A stretch of 63,124 nt of DNA, the filler included, from Octopus bimaculoides (lineage: Eukaryota), in NCBI RefSeq assembly GCF_001194135.2. It is 7 parts of 7 records of this genome, joined end to end, with 100 filler letters (N's around TTAATTAATTAA, not from the genome) between each part and the next. Parts side by side here need not be neighbours in the genome. Positions count along the whole stretch, not along the records: positions 1 to 9,058 come from NC_068990.1; positions 9,159 to 35,867 come from NC_068982.1; 5 more parts are not named here. One strand, given 5' to 3'. Made by a program: the position numbers and the translations under genes. Below, piece after piece: positions 1-10,379 of the stretch (the stretch's first letter is position 1; the number at the start of each line of letters is the position of its first letter). The notes under the pieces are model-generated. The model searched no databases and was not told the origin of the DNA. It saw only the letters and a program-made list of their open reading frames with translations.

Positions 1-78
1 TCCCGAGCGTCATACTAATATATACTTTTGTTATTTACACCACCTGTCCTCGTCTGTTGTTATTTTTTGTATATTCTC

Positions 79-115
<37 letters not shown>

Positions 116-539
116 TATATGTATGTATGTATATATACATGCATGTTTGTATATGTATATTATACATATATTCACACACACGTATCATATGTAATACATG
201 TATACACACATATTTATGCATGTATATAGAAAGTATGTATATGTATATAAGTACTCAATGCACAATGTAGAGTTTCATGTAACCGATGATTTAAGTGACT
301 CACTCATCTGAGTAATCGTTAACTTGAATCTCATTTACTGTCTAAGAAACTTGAAACCTAAAACGTGTGTGTGTGTGTGTACGTGCATATGAGTGTATGT
401 GCTTATGTGTGCCCGCGAGTGGATGCGTGTGTGCATGTGCGCGCGCGTGTGTATAAATGTATTTATGTGTGTGTGCGTGCGAGTGTGTGTGCACGCTCGC
501 GAGTGTGTGTTTGTACTTTTATGTGTGTGCGTGCGACTA

Positions 540-583
<44 letters not shown>

Positions 584-604
584 CGTGCGAGTGCGCCCGC
601 GCGC
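79..604. repeat. Compound (TA)n, (TATG)n and (TG)n microsatellites
   Basis: Directly visible. Confidence 0.95.
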
Positions 605-1317
605 GTAAGGTGGTAGTTGAGTGTTACAACATACTGAATGTCTTCCGGTGAGCACCGTGTAAGACCGTGTTGTGAGTGACGTCATAACATCATAACATAC
701 TGTTTCACTGCTCCCATAACCTGCTGGAAAGATATTTCCCTAACACCAATCCTTTATTCACGACGACGACGACGACCACCACCACCACCACCACCAGCAC
801 ACCACAACCGGAGTTACTTCTTTCACCGCCATTCTTTCCATGAAGAGCATCAACAGATTCCGAGTTATAAAAACGTCTGGTCTTATCAATTTAAGAATAA
901 ACAAAAATAAATTTTGTCTTTGGACAGCAGCAAGTGATAAGTACAGAGAAACTCGATGATGTGATTTTCAGAGAAGCAGAAGCAGAATCCATTTTGTAGG
1001 GGGATTTTCCTCCAGAAATGTCTGGCTGCGACCTTTAATTAAAGTTAATTGCATCGTAAATCTTTCATGATCCTTCTTAACTATATCATAGATAAAGTTA
1101 CAGAGGAATAATAAAAGATAAATAAAAATATAAAACATAAAAATAATTAAATAAGAGTAAAAGCGAAATAGTTAAAGAGGTAAACAAGAGGAGTTATCTT
1201 GGCGGATGTTTATGGATGAAGGCTGCGTTAAAAGAAGATAAAGTGAGACGGTGTTGGTAGGGGAAAGGGTGCTAGTGACGATGGGGGAGGGGGCAAGGGA
1301 AAGTGAAGTAGTGACAG

Positions 1318-1348
<31 letters not shown>

Positions 1349-1449
1349 TCAACGACCAGATGATAAAATTTGAATATCACAATAAATAGGAAGCCGCTTA
1401 GCGTTGGGTGAGCAAGTAGGGAAGATTCTGTTGCCGAAAGGTAACCTTC

Positions 1450-1450
1450 G

Positions 1451-1501
<51 letters not shown>

Positions 1502-2030
1502 GCACACACATACACACACACGTACACATACACACACACGTACACATGCACACACACACATACACACACAGATGCACACACACACACGCACACATGCACA
1601 CACATATATATACACACACATACACAACACATACATATACACACACAGAACACACACATGCACACTCACACAACGCACACACATACACACACAACACACT
1701 CACAGCACACACATACACAAGCTCAAACTATTTATCCTCTTCCTCCTCTCTCTCCCTCCCCTACCTCCATCTCTCTCTCTCTCTCTCTCTCTCTTTTGCG
1801 CGTCTGTTTCTGTGCCCGTCTGTCTCTGTCTATCTTTCCTTCTGGCTGTCTCTCCCTCCCTTTCTCTCTCTCTTCTCTCACTCGTCTCCTCTCTCTTTGT
1901 CCTTTCTCTCTTCCTCTCTCTCTCTCCCTCTGCTTCTGTCTGTCAGCTGTCTCTCTCCTTCTCTTTCTCTGTCTCTCTCTCTCTCTATGTCTCTCTTTCT
2001 TTCTCTCTCTCTCCCTTCCTCACTCTGTTT
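1450..2030. repeat. (CA)n array followed by a (CT)n array
   Basis: Directly visible: CA-rich 1450-1717, CT-rich 1736-2030. Confidence 0.95.
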
Positions 2031-2851
2031 TTTCGTCTGTTTTACCAATAAATGCCAGCAATTGATGAAATACTGTTTGATTGTAATTCAGAAGACGATA
2101 TCCATCATGACTTGTGTTTCCTTTCTGACCTTCAAACTGCTAACGATAATAAATCTAATCCATATTAAGAGAATTAAACAAATGAGTTAAGAGAGCCGAT
2201 TCAGAGATTTCCTCCTCCTCAAAGAAAAAAAATGAATGAAACTTAACACGTTAGTAGACAAGGGGAAGGGGAACAAGGGAGTGGGGTTACTTTTAGAAAC
2301 TGCCAATAGGGAAGATAATGTTAGAAGAACCGATTAATAGAGGAACTGTAGAGTGACGTTTCTGTTGTGTAGTTTCACGTCTGCCTTATACTTATGATGA
2401 AAGGCATTCCAGCCTGTGCTATCCCATTTGTTTAACAAGTATCGTGAAATACATTATACTGTTTGTTATTTCTTTTTTTTTTCTTTCTTTTCAAGAGCCT
2501 GTATTTTTAGAGATTTGCCTGCTGTTTTTAGCAGATCGAATGACCATATGAAGGGGCCATAGTTGAGGTATCACGTGATGAAGAGGAAACTTCGCTGGAT
2601 GATGCTCTTAAATGTTTCTCAAATAACGTCCCACTATTAATCAAAGACGCTTTAGATAATGTAGTCTGAGGTAGACAATTCCTGAAAGAAAGAAAAAAAA
2701 AACGACTGCCAATTTGCTTTCATTGTTTAAACCCCTAAACTGCATGTTAAGCTACCTCTGATTCAGTAGACCGATAACCAAAGGCGTTCACTATTCTGAC
2801 ATTTTTCATAAACAAGATTATATTGTCCAATGCACCAGTCTACATTTAGAA

Positions 2852-3042
2852 CAGTTAGAAGTTAGAAGGCCTGAATTAGTAGTAGTAGTAGATAAAGAGA
2901 ATAGAAAGTGCCAGATAATTGACTTTACAGTCACAGTCCAAAATGATAGAAAAATCAATTTGAGAGGTATATGAGAAGTATAACAAAATGCCAGAACCTA
3001 CTATTGAATTACAGAGACTATGGAAAACGCAGGTAAAACGTA
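2852..3042 (+). mobile_element. 3' fragment of an R4/Dong-like (RLE) non-LTR retrotransposon, left part, interrupted by the pogo element
   Basis: Hand translation gives RRPELVVVVDKENRKCQIIDF ... KCQNL-IELQRLWKTQVKR, matching the PD..D restriction-like endonuclease region; frameshifted. Confidence 0.8.
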
Positions 3043-3468
3043 GGGGAGACCGGGTCTAGTTGTTACACGGATAAGTTATTACAAGCCCATTGTTTCCAAC
3101 TTCAAGAAATAGGTGACACTCGGGTCTCTACCTCGTGAAGGCCAACTCCATAGCATCATGACTGCACATGTGTATTGCACTGGCGGGCTGTCACCAGGAA
3201 AGGTATGGCTTAAAAAACGATCTTTTACTCCAAAAGTGAAATTTTGCCACGAAGTTATTTCCTTAACTACTAAAGCACAAGTGGTGTTATTGAAGTAGTT
3301 TGTGGCTCATTAGGAAGTGTTAGAAGTTGCCTTCGATACATGAAGGTGTGTGCATTGTTAGTGCTGTGTACGATGTAATCCACAAAAATTCATGGTCGGG
3401 GCTAATTGTTACAGTGTATCAACTTACCCCAGGCATGTAACAACTTACCCCTTCTATTTCAATTTAAC

Positions 3469-5443
3469 ACGCCAAGCCTAGAAATTACAAAAGGAAGACT
3501 ACAAAGGGGGATACCCCTCTTGATGTCATGGAAAGAGCCGCTAGAAAAGTTGTGAATTTAAAGAAATCATTACGGGATGTTGCCAAAGATTTCGAGATAG
3601 GTTTCAGGCTCATTAGATATGAAGTTACCGGTATCCCTTACACTAACCTTTTAAGATATTAACAGAACGTCAGTTGTACCAAAAAGTAAATCTTCAGCTT
3701 CTTTATGTTTTCAGGTGAATTTCATGATACTGCAGAGATACTGTAAGAAACTAAGGACAGAGGGGAAAATAACCAGTGTTGGATATGCTTCTCGGCGTGC
3801 AGTTTTTACTAAAGAGCAAGAAGACTTGCTTGTGACCTACATCCTTAAAGCTGCTAAAATTTACCATGGTCTGACTCCTTCTGATATTCTAAGCCTTGCT
3901 TATGACTATGCGAAGGCCAATGAAATCAAGTGTCCTGATACCTAGTCTGCCAATGAATGCGCTGGTGTTGACTGGTTCTCGAAGTTTATGAAGCGGAATT
4001 CCAACCTTTCCATCATCCGAACCCCAGAAGCCACAAGTCTGAGTATGGCAACAAGCTTCAATCGAACAAGTTATTTGATAATCTGACAGAGGTGCTTGAC
4101 TGCTACAAGTTTGAGGGCCATGACATCTACAACTGTGATGAGACGGGTGTCACAGCAGTGCAACGACCAAATTGAATTGTGACAGAGAAAGGAGTGAAAC
4201 AAGTAGGAGCGATGACTTTCGCTGAGAGAGGGATCCTGGTGACAGTCTGCCTTGCAGTAAATGCCAGCGGTTGTGCAACACCACCAATGCTAGTGTTCCC
4301 TGGAGTCCACTTCTGTGAATACTTCATTGTTAATGGGCGAATAGGTTGTTGTGGATCAGCAAATTCAAGTGAATGGATGAAGGAGGCAGATTTTCTTAAA
4401 CTTCTAGAACACTTCGTGAAGCACACTCGTTGCAGCAAAGAGCATCTTGTCCTGTTGCTACTTGACAACCACAACTCCCATATCTCATTGGCTATCATTG
4501 ATTTCTGCAGAGACAATGGTATTGTTCTGCTATCATTTCCCCCACACTGCTCACATAAGCTACAGCCACTCGATCGGAATGTCTATGGTCCTCTTAAGAA
4601 GTACGTGAATAGGGCGTGTGATGGATGGATGAAATCGCACCCAGGTAAAACGATGACCCTTTTCGACATCCCGGCGATCTTGACGGAAGCCCTACCACAT
4701 GCGTGCACACCATTCAACATCCAGAAAAGATTTCAAATCAGTAGCATCTGGCCCTTTAACAGGGATGTCTTTGGTAATGACGAATTCCTTCCAAGTTACA
4801 TCACTGACCATCCTGCTCCAAAACAAGCTGAAGACTAGTCTGAGGTTCAGCCAGACGATCATCCTGACGTGTAGCCTGGCATGCAGCCAGATAACCAGTC
4901 TAACTTGCAGCCAGACGACCAGTCAGATGTTCAACCAGGCGACCAGGTCAATGAACGGTAAGACGGTCCGACAGACCAACATACACCAGGCCCAAGTTTT
5001 CCTGCTGGTGTTGTTACAATACCCAGAGATGTTGCGCACATTAAGGAAGGCTTTCCCCAGGAAGACAGGTCGAGGTTGTGGAAGTCGCAAGGGGTGATAA
5101 AGAGCCATTCTAACCATAACCTCCATAAAACAGCACATATTGGATGAAATAAACGAACGGAAATCCAAACCAAAGAAGGCAACTGGTACAGAAAAGGCAA
5201 CAAAGGGAAAAGGGAAAGTCAACTGAAACAGGTAAAGGCAAATGGAAGCAGCCTCGCAGCAAGCAAGTCACCAATTGGATATGCCTTGTCTGCTCAGATT
5301 GATATTCCAACTCCCTTCCAGGTGAAGAATGGGTGCAATGCATGATCTGTAAAGACTGGGAACACACTGACTGTACCGATGGACGACAGGACTTTCTGTG
5401 TGATCTGTGTGGTGAGAAGTTAATGGAGGACGATTCCGACTAG
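3469..5443 (+). pseudogene. Disrupted pogo-type transposase: N-terminal HTH, CENP-B-like HTH, DDE_1 domain, repeat linker, PHD finger
   Basis: PRNYKRKT...AKDFE / VNFMILQRYCKK...VFTKEQEDLL...WFSKFMKRN. Catalytic motifs DETG (D at 4137), LLDNH (D at 4464) and QPLD (D at 4572), with 35 residues between D2 and D3. C-terminal CLVC-x-CMIC-x-H-x2-C-x-CDLC at 5282-5410, stop TAG 5441-5443. Several stops and frameshifts; the likely start is ATG>ACG at 3469. Confidence 0.9.
4842..4949 (+). repeat. Degenerate 24-nt tandem repeat encoding an octapeptide in the transposase linker
   Basis: In frame: EVQPDDHP DV*PG MQPDNQS NLQPDDQS DVQPGDQV. Confidence 0.8.
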
Positions 5444-5863
5444 ATGGCACATGTAACAATGGGGAAATTGGCTGATGAGGACTCTCAGTATCACAGTTAG
5501 GATATGATGTGGTTCAAAGCACAGTTAATTAATTAAAATAATACTTCCTAGATGCAAGAAGAAGGAGACGTATTCATTTTAAACTTGTTTGTTAACATAA
5601 TTCCGAGTTATCGACAGTTGTAACAAAGTACCCCGGTAAGTGTCACAACGTACCCCGCACTCGGGGAAAATTGTTACAGCTGACACCATCACATTAATTA
5701 GAACCTGTCTAATTAGTGTTATGTAATTTCTGTGTTTTGCTGGTGATAATAAATAGAGATGTTTTACTAATTAAATCTGAAAAGAAACTTCAGCAGTGTT
5801 CATTTATGTGGATGCCAAGGCAAAAAAATGAAATAGTGTAAGAACTAGACCCGGTCTCCCCTA

Positions 5864-6040
5864 TTCCAGTAGTTATAGGTGCGTTAGGAACTATCCCCAA
5901 AGATTTGAACAGGTGGATAGAGGAAATAGGCATAAAATCCAGTTTAGTATAGCTCCAGAAAACAGTGTTAGTATGGGACAGCTAGGATACTTAGGAGGGT
6001 GCTTGGCATCTAAGGTTAGATGTTGTAGCCCGATGTTAGA
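5864..6040 (+). mobile_element. 3' fragment of an R4/Dong-like LINE, right part with C-terminus and short 3' UTR
   Basis: IPVVIGALGTIPKDLNRWIEEIGIKSSLV*LQKTV, then after a frameshift GTARILRRVLGI* (TAA 6011-6013). It continues in frame from 3040 once the transposon and one TA are removed. Confidence 0.85.
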
Positions 6041-6094
6041 AATTTTTCTTTTCCAACAGTTCAATCTGTTGTGTGTATATGAATAATGATGTAC

Positions 6095-8239
6095 AGCGAG
6101 AGAAATATGTTGAGCTAGAGAGGAAGTGTAGGGTGAAGAGAAAGGGAATCAATGTTGCGATTGAGGAATTAAAACAGGTTCAAAACTAAAACACATAAAC
6201 TAAAGAAATATGAACAGAGAATTGAGCAGTATAGATTAAACAGACTTTTCGAACAAAATCAGAAACGAGTCTATAAGAAACTGAATGGCGGAAAAAAAGG
6301 TGAAAAAGCCGTGCCAGATGCTGAAGAAAGCAAACGATTTTGGCTAAACATACGGTCCCACGAGAAACAACATGAAACTGAATTAGAGTGGTTAAAGACA
6401 CTCAAAGAGGAGAGTGAAGAGTATCAGCAGGAGGATTTGAGAATAACAGAGGAGATGATTAGAGATCAGTGAAGGAAATTCCGAACTGGAAAGTGCCTGG
6501 CCAGATGGGGGCTCAGGGCCTTTGGCTTAAAAGCTTGACAGCTTTGCACAGGAGAATTGCGAGACAGATGGACGAAATACTGAATAGTGACATCCAAGTA
6601 GTGACAAAAGGAAGAACGCTACTATGCCAGAAGGATCCACGTAAAGGGAATGCGGTTGGAAATTTCCGACCAATATCTTACTTGCCCCTGATGTGAAAAC
6701 TGATGACGGGCATCATATCAAACAGAATCTATAAGTGCCTAGATGAGAACAACCTTCTACCAGTAGGACAAAAAGGGTGTAGACGTAAGAGCAGAGGAAC
6801 GAGAGTTCAATTGCTAATCGATAAGACTATCCTGTCTGACTGCAAGAAGAGACACAAAAATTTGGCGATGGCATGGGTGAACTACAGGAAAGCATATAAC
6901 ATAGTCCCACACTCGTGGATTATTGAATGCCTTAAACTGTTTAAGGTCTCCCACAATATCCTGAAGTTATACAAAACTCAATGTCAACGTGGCGAACTGA
7001 ACTCATAACATGGGTAGATAAGCTGAGAGAGATGAGTATCATAAGAGGAATCTTTCAAGGGGATAGTCTGTTGCCTCCCCTGTTTGTTGCCTGCATACTG
7101 CCACTAACGAGCATTTTAAGAAAGATGCGTGTGGGGTACATGCTAGGCAGGGTGAAAGTAAACAACCTGTGGTTTATGGATGACCTAAAGCTTTTCGCTA
7201 AGACTGAGAAAGAAATTGAGAGTTTGACGGCAACTGTGTAGATGTTTTGCAAAGATATTGGCATGGAATTTGGGATCGAGAAATGTGGTGTAATGATTCT
7301 CAAAAGAGGGAAAATCAGCAAAAACCATGGGATCAAGCTGGAAAGTGGTGAAACTATAAAGGAAGCTAGAGAGGAAGGATATAAGTACTTGTATATCATT
7401 GAAAGAGATAAGAATGAACACACGATGAAAGAAATGTACAGGAAAGAGCATTTGAGGAGAACTCGGTTTGTGCTCCAATCGAAGCTAAATGACCGTTATA
7501 AGATTAGAGCAATTAGCACGTGGATGGTTGCTTTGATGAGATATGGGGCAGGAATAGTATTTGGGAAGAAGCATGAATTAGAAGAGATAGACCAGAGAAC
7601 ACGTAAATTAATGATAATGGACAAGAACTGCACCCGAAGAGTGATGTGTCAAGATTGTATGTAAAGAGGAAAGAAAGAGGATGGGGATTGGTGTGCTGTG
7701 AAGGTTGTGTAAGAGAAGAGGAAAATAGCCTGGCTTGGTATACGAAGGGGAGTGAAAAAGAAATGATTGAAGCAGTGAAAATGCGGGAAACCTTATAAGT
7801 GAACGAAGCCGTAGATCCAATACAATTTAAGAAAGATCAGAGAGAGCAAATAAAGAATAATTGGCAGAACAAGAAAATGTACGGCCAGTTCTTGAAGAAT
7901 AAAGATGAGATTGATTGGAATAGAACCTGGCAATGGCTGCAGAAAGGAGACTTAAAAGGATCCGCTGAGGCATTAGTGTGCAGCGCTCAAGACTCGCCAC
8001 AGTGTAGGATGTGCTTTGAGAAGGGAGAAAGGATAAACCATATTATTAGTGAGTGCTGTAAGCTCGCACAACTCGATTACACAAGGAGACACGACAATGT
8101 GGTCAGATAGCGTGCTCATCCACAAAGATGAAAAGGAAGTAAAGATAACAGATGTTACAATACCAGGCGATTCGAGGGTGAAATGTAAGGAAACAGAAAA
8201 GATTAGCCACTGCAGGACGAGATAGGAAAGTTATGGGGC
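6095..8239 (+). mobile_element. 5'- and 3'-truncated R4/Dong-like non-LTR retrotransposon (RT, CCHC knuckle, start of RLE), pseudogenised
   Basis: [47 protein letters not shown] (7047-7070), FMDDLKLFAK (7173-7202), FGIEKC, CRMC...HIISEC...RHDNVV (8003-8105), KITDVTIPGDSRV; many stops and frameshifts. Confidence 0.92.
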
Positions 8240-8790
8240 AGGGTTAGGGTTATGAGTATTTTTGCCAAATTTGGTGAAAGTCTGTTCAATACACCGCCAC
8301 AAATTTTTCCCCAAATTTGGCAAAATTACTCATAACCCTAACCCTAACCGTAACCCTAACCCTAAAACCCAAACCCTAAACCTAACTCTAAAACCTGAAC
8401 CCTAACCCAAAAAACCTTAGAGCTAAAACCAGTACAAACGCACGAACGATGTCATGAATAACAGTACCGCCGATAGTTGTTGTTGACAAACAACGGCAGT
8501 AATTTTATTCAAGGGAAAAGATCCCATTACACCGCCACAACGTGTTGTTGACAAACCACAGCAGTAATTGTTTTCACCTCAATAGACGTTAGTGATTGGT
8601 TGAAATTACCGAAATACGACAACTTTAATACGAAATAACTTTAAAAATATAAACTTTTCTCAACAACACTAAGAGTAAAAGATGTTTTATATGACACATT
8701 CTACAGTGTTCCAAGTTTGAAAGTGTATCGTTAGAAAAAAAAATGGTGTCCGCCAAATCAGAAAGATCCAATTTAACTTTTCTTCCCGCC
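8240..8790 (+). mobile_element. Non-autonomous DNA-transposon-like element (MITE or Helentron-HINE-like, family unresolved) with telomere-like repeats, copy 1
   Basis: 35-bp inverted repeat 8240-8274/8311-8345 (1 mismatch), degenerate (CCCTAA)n 8333-8409, ~45-bp direct repeats at 8465 and 8528, and a ~150-bp block shared with 60630-60780. Confidence 0.6.
8333..8409 (+). repeat. Interstitial telomere-like (CCCTAA)n tract, degenerate
   Basis: taaccctaaccctaaccgtaaccctaaccctaaaacccaaaccctaaacctaac... Confidence 0.85.
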
Positions 8791-9058
8791 TCACATTATA
8801 AGGAAATAACTATCTCCCTTTGAATTAACAGCCATCCAAAGGGCGCTACAGTTCTGCTATTGCTCTATTTACTTATTCGTACATCTGTTCATATACATAT
8901 GCAAGTGTATATACATATGCATAGGTATACGTGGAAAAATGTGTGTATTTATGTGTATGTATGTATATGTGTGTGTGTATATGTATATGGGTATGTGTAT
9001 GTATATGTATGTGTGTATGTATGTATGTATATGTGTGTATGTACTTATATGTAGATAT

Positions 9059-9158
9059 NNNNNNNNNNNNNNNNNNNNNNNNNNNNNNNNNNNNNNNNNN
9101 NNTTAATTAATTAANNNNNNNNNNNNNNNNNNNNNNNNNNNNNNNNNNNNNNNNNNNN
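9059..9158. other. Artificial scaffold spacer (44 N + TTAATTAATTAA + 44 N)
   Basis: The same exact 100-bp structure occurs six times. Confidence 0.95.
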
Positions 9159-9462
9159 AATGCTGTATTTGTACAGTATTTTTGTTTTCTTCTTGTTACT
9201 TAGTAGTGTTGATTGTTTACTAATTTCGTTGAGAATCGATAAATCTTTTCTCTTTTTTTTAATTTTGTTCTGGATGTTATTTATCCACAAGGTCTGTTTG
9301 GGTGGTAGAACTCCTGTTCGGATGGGTTTGAGTGAGTATCCTGCTTCTTTTGTGGCTGCAGTGGCTGCCGCATATATCATGTCATTTAGCTCAGTGATAT
9401 TGCCTGTTGTTTCTGTGGTTGTTAGTTCCGTGACGGCCAGGTTTATGCTATTTATTATTGAT
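9159..9462 (-). mobile_element. N-terminal (pre-RT) fragment of an R4/Dong-like LINE, cut by an assembly gap
   Basis: Open frame NITELNDMIYAAATAATKEAG...WINNIQNKIKKKRKDLSIL...KKKTKILYKYSI resembles the region upstream of RT in RLE elements (from memory). Confidence 0.6.

Positions 9463-9522
<60 letters not shown>
9463..9522 (+). repeat. (TAG)n microsatellite
   Basis: About 20 perfect GTA units. Confidence 0.97.
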
Positions 9523-10128
9523 TTGGAAGTAGTAATAGCAGGAAAAAGAGTAGTAGAATTTATGTATTTATTATTTTATTTTATGTTACTCGCCTCACAG
9601 AGCAAAGCAAATTCTTTGAAAATAGGTTAAAACTGTAATGCTTGACCTAATTCTTCACAAAATCTACATGTACCAAACGACAAAATAAAACCGTCTAAAA
9701 AAGTTTAAATGTGAAAACTATAAAACCGCTTGGTGGAAATGACGAAGATTAATTACTCGTAGATGGAAGGGCGGAAGAGTTAGCTATTTCCCACTATTCT
9801 TCGAGAATGAAAAAGAAAATTATAATAAAAATCAATGCGGCATCTACATTACTAGGAAAAAAAAAAAAATTAATAACTTCTCAATGAATCGAAATAAAAC
9901 AAAATGCATCAAACGTAAAAAAAAAAAAAAAATACGAGAATGAAAATGAAAAACGAAAACGAATAGCCCAATATAATACAAACATTATCGAATATTTTTT
10001 CCAAGTTTTGAAAAGATTTCTGTTTCAACTAGCAGGATATAGAATGTTTCTATTATTCTAATTTTATGGAAGCATACCGCTCAACGCATTACATACATAT
10101 ATACATACATATATATTTATGTAAGCAC

Positions 10129-10175
<47 letters not shown>

Positions 10176-10228
10176 TATGAATATACATATACAAATATAT
10201 TTTAATTTTGTTTATGTTATAATCCTTT

Positions 10229-10378
10229 CTACTACAGGCACAAGGTCTGATATTTGGCGGGAGGGGCTAGTGGATTACATCAATCCCAGTGCTCGACTGG
10301 TACTTAATTTATCGACTCCGAAAAGATGAAAGGCTAAATCAACCTCGGTGAAATTTGAACTCGGAAGGTAAAGAATCT
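10229..10378 (-). mobile_element. SINE family D, partial
   Basis: Matches the body of 41091-41322: ggattacatcaatcccagtg...ggtacttaatttatcgactccgaaaagatgaaaggc...gaaatttgaactc. Confidence 0.8.
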
Positions 10379-10379
10379 G

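Larger units (their letters stand above)
3043..5861 (+). mobile_element. Full-length, inactivated pogo-superfamily DNA transposon (Fot-like/Passer-type DD35D)
   Basis: TIRs GGGGAGACCGGGTCTAGTTGTTACAC (3043-3068) and its complement at 5836-5861 with 1 mismatch; TA on both sides (3041-3042, 5862-5863); internal DDE_1-type transposase. Confidence 0.93.

Noticed and set aside
618-639. Resemblance of TGAGTGTTACAACATACTGA to miR-12 as I recall it
   Set aside because: The seed differs, two bases are missing, and the hairpin has a large asymmetric loop unlike a pre-miRNA.
28-2190. Long ORFs rich in CV, HT, YI or LS dipeptides (also throughout the window)
   Set aside because: They are translations of (TG)n, (CA)n, (TA)n and (CT)n microsatellites or N-runs, which contain no stop codons.
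8333-8409. True telomere or chromosome-fusion scar
   Set aside because: Short, degenerate and embedded in a dispersed element with a second copy at 60.5 kb.
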